A program made the translations under genes and the position numbers. DNA of 64,000 nucleotides. Origin: Bacillales bacterium UBA4951 (GTDB taxonomy: Bacteria > Bacillota_I > Bacilli_A > RFN20 > CAG-826). The stretch covers positions 1,509 to 65,508 of the forward strand of contig DHAP01000002.1 in assembly GCA_002397465.1 (NCBI GenBank), given 5' to 3'. Shown here in pieces: positions 18,077 to 26,302 of the stretch (positions within the stretch are counted from its first letter, which is position 1; every line of letters starts with the position of its first letter). Below the pieces are notes generated by a model. The model had not been told where the DNA came from and made no database searches. It worked only from the letters and a program-made list of their open reading frames with translations.

Positions 18077-19105
18077 TTAATAATTTGTAGATGACTGTTT
18101 GTCCGCCTTGACCCTGACAGTGCCCACGCCGACTGCGCTTAAGGTTGCGCCGCTGACGGTCCCAACAGAAGTGTTCAATGACGTATAAGTGACTTTGCCT
18201 GTTCCACTTCCGGATGACGACAAAGAAAGAGCGTGCGTTTCGCCATACTTCATTGAGAAGGAAGTTAAGGAAATGCTATCGGCTTTTTGCGTGACTGTTA
18301 AATCGGTGTAGGCGCTTAATGTAGACAAAGATGAAGTATAAATAGTGCATGTCAGCCTTGTTTTTCCACACTTTAGTATTGTTGCCAACCCGCTTGTTCG
18401 ATCTATTGTCGCCACGGTTTCGTCACTTGAAGTGTAAAGCTTGGCGGTAGGAGTGCCCGTGATCGTCACTTTTGAGGCGAAATTGTATGTCGCGGTTCCA
18501 TAGACAACTGACGCTGTCGAAGAGGCGGCTTTGACGCTTAACGGGGTGGCTACAACGGTGGCGCCGGTCGTGGTGTTTTCTGGCAAACCGCTGGTGGAGT
18601 AGTAAATTTTATTTCCGTTTCCGCTGTTTGTGTAAACATAGCCATTATCGTCAGAATACCAGTTTGCGTCCGATGGAATGTAAATGTCACTCAGATAACC
18701 GGCGCTATAAGTGGATGTATGGTAATTATAATCCGTAGATGGGCCAGTTTCAGTGGTCTTCCACCAAGCCCTGACGTTACTTTCTGAGCTCATAAGCGCA
18801 TCGTAAACAATACCGGCTGCCGAGCCATACAAGCTTGTGGACCAAGGCATATCATAAAATGAGCTGGTTCCGCCGTTTGCTAGATAAACGTTTCCGGAGG
18901 ATGTGTGAAGCGTCTGTGTGTATCCAGTTTGGTTTTTGAAAGCTATGTGACGGATTTTAAAAGCTGACGTGCTGTAGATGGCTATGACTTCGCTTTTGTC
19001 TTTGGTTACGCTTTTCTTATCGACGCTCTCGGAAAATGACGAGCCAGAGAATAACAGGCTGGCACAAAGTAATACGAACAAAGTTTTGATTCCAGGGAAT
19101 CTCAT
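18077..19105 (-). CDS. large Ig-like-repeat surface protein, N-terminal portion with signal peptide
   Basis: Signal peptide MRFPGIKTLFVLLCASLLFSGSSFS. Start taken at ATG 19105, after AAAGGGG. The ORF ends at TAA 18077-19079-equivalent position 18077-18079, in the middle of a repeat module. Confidence 0.6.
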   Translation of the reverse strand: MRFPGIKTLFVLLCASLLFSGSSFSESVDKKSVTKDKSEVIAIYSTSAFKIRHIAFKNQTGYTQTLHTSSGNVYLANGGTSSFYDMPWSTSLYGSAAGIVYDALMSSESNVRAWWKTTETGPSTDYNYHTSTYSAGYLSDIYIPSDANWYSDDNGYVYTNSGNGNKIYYSTSGLPENTTTGATVVATPLSVKAASSTASVVYGTATYNFASKVTITGTPTAKLYTSSDETVATIDRTSGLATILKCGKTRLTCTIYTSSLSTLSAYTDLTVTQKADSISLTSFSMKYGETHALSLSSSGSGTGKVTYTSLNTSVGTVSGATLSAVGVGTVRVKADKQSSTNY

Positions 19106-19427
19106 CTTTAAACAGCCCCTTTGTCTTGTGATTAACAAATCACAAGTGATTTATTATAAACGGAATATGCTCTTAACAAATTAATTATTTTAGTGACTTT
19201 GGCTAAACAAACAGAAAAATACATAATCGGATACAGTGCTCGACAAAGATTAATTTAATGAACTTATTCAATTTCTCTATTTGGAATAGTGCGCCAAAAC
19301 TAAAAAATTCTATTTACGCCCAGAGTTTTTCAAAATAGAGAACAAAAGCCATAAAAAGAGAGGAATAAAATCAGCCACGAAAATTGTAAGGATTTTATAA
19401 ATAGTTCAGTTTGGCGTGCGTTAATGT

Positions 19428-19997
19428 CTAAAGAGTTCTGGCAAGCGAGACAATCTTATGTCCATATGAGAACACTTCTTTGAAGCCACATTTGGTGTAG
19501 AAGTGGTAGCTGCCGCTTCCCTTCTCGTTGGCGCAGATGGCAAGCGACTTGAATCCTTCGCTTTTAAGGGCCTCGCAGATGGTGTCGATGAGCCTTCTTC
19601 CGATCCCTTGCCTTTGATAGGCGGCGGTGATGTTCATGTGCATATGACTCGGGTATTTTCTGATGAAGAAAAGAGCGAATAGATACCGGCGGCAAAAGCC
19701 TAGCTCCTGCTTCCTCGTTTCTTTGATTCGTTTCATGTAGACCTTCTTCATTTTCTTCACGAAAAAGGAATAGTCGCTGGTGCATTCTATATAGCCTACC
19801 GGTTTGTCATTTTGATCGACCGCGACATAGACGTGAAACGGTTCTTGTTCGATGAAATAATCAAGGAACATGATAGGGACGCACTCAAGTTTTTTCGGGT
19901 CTTTTTTATAGGATTCCCAGGCGGTTTCCTTGCAAATGTCCCTCAAAATATCCCTGTCTTCCTTTTTGTAAGGACGGATTTTGACTTCTTCGCTCAT
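19428..19997 (-). CDS. GNAT-family N-acetyltransferase
   Basis: 189 aa with the acetyl-CoA binding motif YQRQGIGRRLI. ATGA overlap with the upstream VOC gene. Confidence 0.8.
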   Translation of the reverse strand: MSEEVKIRPYKKEDRDILRDICKETAWESYKKDPKKLECVPIMFLDYFIEQEPFHVYVAVDQNDKPVGYIECTSDYSFFVKKMKKVYMKRIKETRKQELGFCRRYLFALFFIRKYPSHMHMNITAAYQRQGIGRRLIDTICEALKSEGFKSLAICANEKGSGSYHFYTKCGFKEVFSYGHKIVSLARTL

Positions 19998-20377
19998 ATG
20001 GTTATTTCCACCATGTTCCCTTCGATATCGAGAAACGATGCCTCATAATATCCATCACCGGTCACACGTCCCAAAGAGAGGATTTCACATCCTTCTTCTT
20101 CAGCCTTTTTTATTGTCTTATCAACCTCTTCCTTGCTTCCGAGGGAGATGGCGATATGGACGAATCCGCTGGAGTCCCGTTCTTTCTTCTGAAGTGGCAT
20201 TCCCTTCTTTGAAAGAAGCTCCAATCTCGCGCCAGAATCTGTCGAGAGAAAATAGTTCTCCCAACCGGTTTTGTCGTTATGGTATTTTTCATTGGGGACA
20301 AAGGAGAATAAACGGCAATAAAAATCCTTCATTCTCTCGATGTCGATGGCATTGATGCAGACATGTTCGATCTTCAT
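19994..20377 (-). CDS. VOC (glyoxalase/bleomycin-resistance fold) family protein
   Basis: 127 aa with typical N-terminal MKIEHVCINAIDIERMKDFY and C-terminal DIEGNMVEI patterns. Confidence 0.8.
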   Translation of the reverse strand: MKIEHVCINAIDIERMKDFYCRLFSFVPNEKYHNDKTGWENYFLSTDSGARLELLSKKGMPLQKKERDSSGFVHIAISLGSKEEVDKTIKKAEEEGCEILSLGRVTGDGYYEASFLDIEGNMVEITI

Positions 20378-21012
20378 TTCTTCTTCCCCAATCTCTCCAT
20401 CTCGGCAAGATCTTCTTCTTCGATCTTTCTTCCATGGCGGTAGGTCTTCTCGTCTTCTTCGTTTATCTCTCTTATCACTTTGCAGGGTGAGCCATAGGCC
20501 AAGACATTCGCCGGGATGTCCTTTGTGACGAGGGAGCCGGCTCCGATTACGCTGTTATCACCGATTTTGACGCCAGGAAGAATGGTTACCGAAGCCCCGA
20601 TCCAGACATTCTTTCCGATCGTGACTTTCTCGGCGTACATGATGGGGCGATGTTTTGGCGAAAGAGGGTGGCCGACGGTCACGATGCTGATGTTTGGCCC
20701 GAATTCGGCATGGTCGCCAATCTCAATCTCGCCGTCATCGATGAAATTGCAGTTGACGTTGAGATAGCAATAATCGCCCATTTTGATGTGACGCCCGTAA
20801 CAGAAATAGAAAGGTGGCTCAATCCAAGCCCAGGTTTTCTTTCCGAATATCTTCTTCATGAGCAAGAAGCGGTGGACGAGTCCTAAGCCGGCGCCAGAGG
20901 TCTTGTTGTAGGCCCTCATTCTTCTTTTGGCGGCTTTTCTCTCTTTGCCCATTCCCTCACATTCGTCGGTGAAGAGCTTTCCTTCTTTGATCCTGTCTTT
21001 CATCGTTTCCAT
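20374..21012 (-). CDS. sugar O-acetyltransferase (Maa/LacA-like, left-handed beta-helix)
   Basis: 212 aa with hexapeptide repeats (IGKNVWIGASVTILPGVKIGDNSVIGAGSLV) and the Maa-type N-terminal helix (MKDRIKEGKLF). Confidence 0.85.
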   Translation of the reverse strand: METMKDRIKEGKLFTDECEGMGKERKAAKRRMRAYNKTSGAGLGLVHRFLLMKKIFGKKTWAWIEPPFYFCYGRHIKMGDYCYLNVNCNFIDDGEIEIGDHAEFGPNISIVTVGHPLSPKHRPIMYAEKVTIGKNVWIGASVTILPGVKIGDNSVIGAGSLVTKDIPANVLAYGSPCKVIREINEEDEKTYRHGRKIEEEDLAEMERLGKKK

Positions 21013-21028
21013 AAAAAGTTCCCTTTCT

Positions 21029-21655
21029 TTATGAATTAAAATAAGCGTCTTTTTGTTTAGTCCAATAGGCTTTGTCTTCCTCGGTGATCTTCCTTATGAC
21101 CTTGCAGGGCACTCCGGCTGCGACTGAGTCAGAAGGGATGTCGTGGGTGACGACGGAGCCGGAGCCAATCACCACGTTGCTTCCGATGGTGACTCCTGGA
21201 TTGATGACGACGTTGCCACCAACCCACACATCGTTTCCGATGGTCACGGGGTAGCCGTATTCAAGTTGGATGAATCTGACGTCTTTGTCGATCGGATGTC
21301 CGGCTGTATAGATACAGACACGAGGGGCGAAGAAGACGTTATCTCCGATTTTGATCTTGTTCACGTCGAGGAAAATGCAGTCATAGTTGGCAAAGAAGTT
21401 GTCGCCAACCTCGATGTTGCATCCATAATCGCAACGGAACGTCGGCTGGATGAAGCAATTCTCGCCCATCTTGCCGAAGAGCTTGCTGAGGAGCTTCATC
21501 TTGAAAGCCAGATCGATGTTGCTGATGTTGTTGAAGCTTGATAATACCTGACGGCAATGGAGCATAAGCGATTGGAGCTCCGGGTCATTCGCACAATATA
21601 GGGCGCCTGAAAGCATCTTCTGCTTTTCGCTGAGTTTCTTAGTTGTTTTTGGCAT
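21029..21655 (-). CDS. sugar O-acetyltransferase (Maa/LacA-like), tandem paralog
   Basis: 208 aa. Hexapeptide repeats (IGNDVWVGGNVVINPGVTIGSNVVIGSGSVV) and EKQKMLSGALY at the N-terminus. Confidence 0.85.
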   Translation of the reverse strand: MPKTTKKLSEKQKMLSGALYCANDPELQSLMLHCRQVLSSFNNISNIDLAFKMKLLSKLFGKMGENCFIQPTFRCDYGCNIEVGDNFFANYDCIFLDVNKIKIGDNVFFAPRVCIYTAGHPIDKDVRFIQLEYGYPVTIGNDVWVGGNVVINPGVTIGSNVVIGSGSVVTHDIPSDSVAAGVPCKVIRKITEEDKAYWTKQKDAYFNS

Positions 21656-21740
21656 ATTAAGACTCCTTAGTTGTATTTTATTGCTTAAAAATCAAAAAGT
21701 TGTAGCAATATAAGGCTAAAAAGTAGCACTATCTTATCAT

Positions 21741-22622
21741 ATGGAATTATCTCAATGCCCAGCCAACAGATATTTCGATGGAGAGGAGAAAGTCAGCTAT
21801 GACTACCCGTCCTTTCCTTTATACGTCCATCGCTCAAAGCTTTCGTTACTGAAGAACGAGAGATCGGATCTCCACTTCCATGGCGATCTAGAATACATTC
21901 ACATCTATTCAGGAAGCATGGGGTATGCGATAAACGGAAAGAACATCGTCCTCTCTAAGGGTGACTCTCTTTTCGTGAATGCCAAAGCCATCCATTCGGG
22001 GTATGCGATCAATGGCGAGGACGCCGATTATGGCTGCATTCTTTTCTCACCTTTGCTCCTCAGTTTCGGGGCCACGATGGAGAACTCGTTAGTGAGCCCG
22101 TTTCTTTCATCAAACGTCAGCTATGTCTACTTCAAAGACGATGAGAAGATGTCTTCGTTATTGGATTCGATGCAAAAGATAAAAAATGGTGACGGCTCCG
22201 TTCTTTCTTTCGAGTCGACAATCCTTTCGATATGGAAAGAGACGATATCCAAGTTCCCTTCATTAGAGAAAGTCGATGATGATGGCTCAATCGTTTATCT
22301 ACGCGAGATGATCGGATTCATCAAATCCAATTACATGGACTCTTCTTTGAACTTATCTTCAATCGCTTCCAGCGTGAACATATCGACAAGCTCGGCCTCG
22401 AGGCTCTTCAGACATTATCTTCACGTCTCCCCGGTTTCTTTTTTGATTGGCTACCGGCTGGATGTCAGCAAAGAAAGGCTTCTTAATGAGGACATCAGCG
22501 TCTCCACGCTTGCTAACGACGCCGGCTATGACTCAGCAAGTTTCTTCATCAGGTCCTTCAAGAAAAGATTTGGTTTGGCTCCCAAGGAATACAAAAAGAA
22601 AGAAACCTCAAAAGAACGTTAA
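21741..22622 (+). CDS. AraC-family transcriptional regulator (cupin sensor + HTH)
   Basis: 293 aa. N-terminal cupin-like part and a C-terminal AraC double HTH (LSSIASSVNISTSSASRLFRHY ... FFIRSFKKRFGLAPKEY). Confidence 0.85.
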   Translation: MELSQCPANRYFDGEEKVSYDYPSFPLYVHRSKLSLLKNERSDLHFHGDLEYIHIYSGSMGYAINGKNIVLSKGDSLFVNAKAIHSGYAINGEDADYGCILFSPLLLSFGATMENSLVSPFLSSNVSYVYFKDDEKMSSLLDSMQKIKNGDGSVLSFESTILSIWKETISKFPSLEKVDDDGSIVYLREMIGFIKSNYMDSSLNLSSIASSVNISTSSASRLFRHYLHVSPVSFLIGYRLDVSKERLLNEDISVSTLANDAGYDSASFFIRSFKKRFGLAPKEYKKKETSKER

Positions 22623-23260
22623 TCGATTTTCTTCCATTGGCCAGGGCGTTTTTCTTTCTTGAGTGGTGGGAAGCATAAATCAAACGTGTCCAACTCTTTC
22701 CGGCTGTGCTTGATAGAGAAGACGGACGCTAAGGAAAAACGGCTTTCTTCCTTAGCAAAGAATCCCTTCTCTAGTTCGTAGCCCATCAAGGCCGGGAACT
22801 GGGCCCCGTCATCCATTTTTAGATTAAGCTTATAGCAGCTTTTGAATCCGAGGTGAGGGTAGTAGGTGGGAACTCCGGTTATGACGATCGCGGGGTAGTT
22901 ATCTTTTTTTGCTTTATCGATTAAGGCCTTAACGAGTTTTTCGCCAACGCCTTTTCTTTGATAGTCAGGGTCCACGCCGAGGGGGCCGAAAGTGAGGATG
23001 TCGATCTTCTTGCCGCCCTTCTCAATAAAAGCTTTCGAAGCGTATATGGCGCCGATTAGTCTATCGCCGTCTTTGGCCACGAAAGAAAGCGCAGGAATGT
23101 ATTCTTTGGCTTTCTTGAGGTCCCTTAAAAGAATGTGCTCATCGCATCCTTCCATGTAGACGTTATAAAAGGCTCGTTCGGTGAGAATCAGCTCATCGCG
23201 GTTTTCTTTGGGGTCCGCCAAAACGATTCTTATATCCATGTTATTGTCATCCGATTTCAT
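22619..23260 (-). CDS. GNAT-family N-acetyltransferase
   Basis: 213 aa with motif YQRKGVGEKLV. GGAGG lies 7 nt upstream of the ATG. Confidence 0.8.
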   Translation of the reverse strand: MKSDDNNMDIRIVLADPKENRDELILTERAFYNVYMEGCDEHILLRDLKKAKEYIPALSFVAKDGDRLIGAIYASKAFIEKGGKKIDILTFGPLGVDPDYQRKGVGEKLVKALIDKAKKDNYPAIVITGVPTYYPHLGFKSCYKLNLKMDDGAQFPALMGYELEKGFFAKEESRFSLASVFSIKHSRKELDTFDLCFPPLKKEKRPGQWKKID

Positions 23261-24008
23261 AGGTGGCCTCCAATGTCAGCTCTTGGTCATTCCCTTCATC
23301 TAGCTCAAGGCGTTTGGTGAAGCCATAGCCTTCTTTATTTAGGCATAATTCCAAGAACAAAAGGAAGATTCCGACGTCGATCCGGTTATAATACGAAACC
23401 TTGTTTACCGGCATGATGCCTCGCTTTCCTTGTTGCTCGTAACGATAGACTTTTAAGGTGTTGCCTTCATGGCTAACCTTCCAAGGCTGGGTGTTGCAGG
23501 CGCTTGGCGAATAGATGATGAAGTCGCTCACGCCTTTGATGGGCTCGCCAGAATAATATTCATCGAGACTCTTTCTTTTGGCCTTGCTCACGTCGGTTCT
23601 GAAGGACGATGTCTCCTCTTTATGGAAAGCCATCATGATGACGAAAGAAAGACCGTCGACATTTCTTTCTTTGACTGAGCCAAGCCCATACCAAAGGGCC
23701 CCGATATCTATGCTTGCGAGGTATAAGTCGATTTGTTCTCCGATATAGCCGATGTTCTGAAGATAGTTCCCTTCTTTCTTTGAGTAGAAGAGGAGGCAAT
23801 ATTCTTCGCCTCGTCGGCAGTTCGTCTTCCCTCCCTTGACCAGCTTGATGGCGTAGGGGATGTTCTCATCTAATGGGGTGAGCGTTTTGATGAACTCTTT
23901 GATCTTTTTGACTTCGTCTTTGTTACAAGAGGCGAAAGAAGGGAATTCATGAAAGGATTTCCTCTTGAAAATCATCGGATAAAGATCGCTGTTTATAGTG
24001 GTGGGCAT
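23247..24008 (-). CDS. nitroreductase-family protein
   Basis: 253 aa with nitroreductase-like blocks (FKRKSFHEF, SPSACNTQPW). Confidence 0.7.
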   Translation of the reverse strand: MPTTINSDLYPMIFKRKSFHEFPSFASCNKDEVKKIKEFIKTLTPLDENIPYAIKLVKGGKTNCRRGEEYCLLFYSKKEGNYLQNIGYIGEQIDLYLASIDIGALWYGLGSVKERNVDGLSFVIMMAFHKEETSSFRTDVSKAKRKSLDEYYSGEPIKGVSDFIIYSPSACNTQPWKVSHEGNTLKVYRYEQQGKRGIMPVNKVSYYNRIDVGIFLLFLELCLNKEGYGFTKRLELDEGNDQELTLEATYEIG

Positions 24009-24039
24009 ACAAGGACTATAGGAAACGAATTTTAAAATA

Positions 24040-25365
24040 TCAAATAGAATCGGACGAGACGCTTTCTCTGGTGTTTTTGAAGAGAGGGGCCTCTTCAGGA
24101 ATCGGGATCATGATGTCGAGCGTGAAAAGGTGGTTCTTGAACCTGACCAAGGCGTTGCCATTATATTTTTCGACGATGCTGGAGATGCTCTTGAGTCCAT
24201 AGCCATGGAAGTCCTTGTCGTTTTTGCTCGTGGCAGGTAGTCCGTTCTCAAAGGATATTTTCTGCGTGCAATAGTTCTCGACGTGAATGGTGGTAAAAGA
24301 GTTTTTCACGTTGACGTTAAGACGGATCAGCCTCTTTCCCTCTTCTTCTTTTTCCTGGGCCTCAATCGCGTTATCAATCGCGTTCCCGAACAATGACCAA
24401 ATATCGAGATCGTCGATGAAAGAAAGCCCATCGGGGTTCACGATGTAATTGAAAGAAATGTGCTTACCCTCGCAAAGCAACGACTTCTCAGTCAATAAAA
24501 GGTCGAGTGAGTCATTCCCGGTCTTGGCGATGTCACCATAGACGTTGACGGCCTTTTTGATTTCCTCAATGTGGGTGATTCTGTCTTCTTTGGACATATT
24601 TTCAAGGGCCACGATTTGTTTTTTCAGATCATGGCTTTTGATATTGATGATGTCGATGGTCTCCTTGCTCATCTTCTGCTGTTTGGCTTGTTGATGGAGC
24701 ATTTCCTCCAAGACGTTTTTCTCGTTCTCAAGGTCTTTTTCCTTGCCTACTAGATAGGTGAGGATGTTAACGCCATAGTTGATGGCTAGCGCGAAAAGAC
24801 ATGATGTCATCTCGTAGATGATGTCAACGAGGGTTGGGCTTGGGTATTTGGCCATCTGAGAAAGAAAGATGGTTATCAGGATTATCAACGAGCTCGACAA
24901 GCAAACCATCCAATTGCTTTTGAACTGAACCTTTTTGAGGACTAGACGGAGCAAGAAGAAAGCGAGGGTGTAAGAAACCACAAACACGGCAAGGTAGACG
25001 GCGAAACGTCCCCATTTCCCAATGTCCGCAGTGAAGGTTTTGCCAATCAAAAGCATGATGTTCCATGTGATGTTCTGATAAGCGAAAGCCGTTCCGGTAT
25101 AGCTTATTGCCTCAAAGACATTCTCTTTATAAAGGAAGAAGCAAAAGATGCCCGAGATGATGGCTACAAGAAGATAAGACATATTGAATATGCCGATTGT
25201 TAAAGCAGGCAAATAGTAGAGGGGGACCGCAAAGCCCAGCTCAAGAAGGAGAATCCAATAAAAGTATTTGCGTTTCGGCATCTTCTGCATCGCGATGTTT
25301 TGGGCTAAGAAAATCTCAAGGAAGAAGTTCAAAAGCCCCAGTATCAAGAAATCATATCGGTCCAT
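24040..25365 (-). CDS. GHKL sensor histidine kinase (AgrC/ComD-like, partner of a LytTR regulator)
   Basis: 441 aa. About 6 N-terminal TM helices, an H-box-like IKSHDLKKQ, and N/G boxes (FGNAIDNAIEA, GYGLKSI). Confidence 0.8.
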   Translation of the reverse strand: MDRYDFLILGLLNFFLEIFLAQNIAMQKMPKRKYFYWILLLELGFAVPLYYLPALTIGIFNMSYLLVAIISGIFCFFLYKENVFEAISYTGTAFAYQNITWNIMLLIGKTFTADIGKWGRFAVYLAVFVVSYTLAFFLLRLVLKKVQFKSNWMVCLSSSLIILITIFLSQMAKYPSPTLVDIIYEMTSCLFALAINYGVNILTYLVGKEKDLENEKNVLEEMLHQQAKQQKMSKETIDIINIKSHDLKKQIVALENMSKEDRITHIEEIKKAVNVYGDIAKTGNDSLDLLLTEKSLLCEGKHISFNYIVNPDGLSFIDDLDIWSLFGNAIDNAIEAQEKEEEGKRLIRLNVNVKNSFTTIHVENYCTQKISFENGLPATSKNDKDFHGYGLKSISSIVEKYNGNALVRFKNHLFTLDIMIPIPEEAPLFKNTRESVSSDSI

Positions 25366-26063
25366 TAGCTGTTAATGTAGGATGTCAAAGCATCAAGGAA
25401 CTCTTTTTTCCTGAGGCGCGATATCTCTACTTTTCCTCCATTTGTGAGCATGGCAAAATTAGCGACGATCTCACTGACGCAAGATAGATTGACAAGGGCT
25501 CCGCTATTGGCCCTCGAAAAAAGCTTTGGGTCGACCTTTTCTTCAATGTCTTTCAATGCTCCGCGGAAGGTGTAATCGCCCTCCTTGGAATGGACGCAAA
25601 CCTCATGTTTGAATATGTCGCAATAGTAAATGTCCTCGGATGCGATTTTCTTTAGCACATCCTTTGATTTGATGAGGATGAAAGAGGACTTTTGGGCGTT
25701 TTTGGCAAGGATTTTCTTCAGTTCTACCGAGAATTCGAAATAGCTTAGTGGCTTTAAAACATAATCCAAGGCGTTGACTTTGTAACCATCAATCGCATAT
25801 TGGGCGAGGTTCGTGATGAAGACGATGTTCACCTTCTCATCGATTAGTCTGATCTTCTTGGCCGCGGTCATCCCGTCAAGAAGCGGCATGTTAATGTCCA
25901 TGAAGATGGCGTCATAATCGCCATCATATTTTTCAATCAGATCGAAGGCGTTAGAAAAACAGACGACGTTTAGCTTGAGGGAATTGTCCTTCTCAAACTG
26001 TGTCACAAAGCCAACAAGCGTCTTAAGCTGGCTCTCTTCATTGTCGACGAAAACAAGTTTCAT
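25365..26063 (-). CDS. LytTR-family response regulator
   Basis: Receiver domain (MKLVFVDNEE...DAIFMDINMP) plus a C-terminal LytTR domain. Start set at ATG 26063. TAATG overlap with the kinase gene. Confidence 0.85.
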   Translation of the reverse strand: MKLVFVDNEESQLKTLVGFVTQFEKDNSLKLNVVCFSNAFDLIEKYDGDYDAIFMDINMPLLDGMTAAKKIRLIDEKVNIVFITNLAQYAIDGYKVNALDYVLKPLSYFEFSVELKKILAKNAQKSSFILIKSKDVLKKIASEDIYYCDIFKHEVCVHSKEGDYTFRGALKDIEEKVDPKLFSRANSGALVNLSCVSEIVANFAMLTNGGKVEISRLRKKEFLDALTSYINS

Positions 26064-26180
26064 AAAGCGAACTAATGATAAGGCAGGCAAACGCTTTTGA
26101 CACCAGCGAATTCTCTTATGCAACGAAGTGCATAATTGTTTTTTGAAACGCCTTTTAGGAATCATGTAAGCGATTTCACC

Positions 26181-26210
26181 TAAGTCAGAGAAACAACCAA
26201 ATAAGTCAAA
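26181..26210. promoter_or_regulatory. LytTR-type direct-repeat operator candidate
   Basis: TAAGTCAGA (26181) and TAAGTCAAA (26202) are 9-mers identical at 8 of 9 positions with a 21-bp period. They sit in the divergent intergenic region between the TCS operon and the GH3 gene. Confidence 0.4.
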
Positions 26211-26302
26211 AAACGCCAAATAAAAGGGCTTTCATGATTGGATATTGCCAGGAATTAAAGGCTGCGCCCGGGTATGCCTTTTTCCAATATCAGGAGGATT
26301 TC

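Larger units (their letters stand above)
15137..19105 (-). pseudogene. single about 1320-codon surface-protein gene interrupted by one in-frame TAA
   Basis: Both ORFs share one reading frame. The 46 codons between them translate into a continuation of the repeat module (SASNTVDISVSKRPLTSSEVPTPTASTITYGEALSNSALSGGTSFVLSLGIGKE). Confidence 0.55.

Noticed and set aside
18077-18079. In-frame TAA (18077) and TGA (56046), considered as evidence that the host uses a non-standard genetic code.
   Set aside because: Many well-delimited genes in the window end at TAA or TGA with the next gene starting immediately, for example TGA at 7312-7314 and 15137-15139. Trp is encoded by TGG throughout.
26064-26219. 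A 52-codon N-terminal extension of the LytTR regulator ORF (MAFFDLFGCFSDLGEIAYM...), considered as a possible AgrD-like Cys-containing pheromone precursor.
   Set aside because: It is in frame with the regulator and has no stop. There is no AgrB-like processing gene. The receiver domain starts cleanly at ATG 26063. I could not find an RBS for the upstream ATG.
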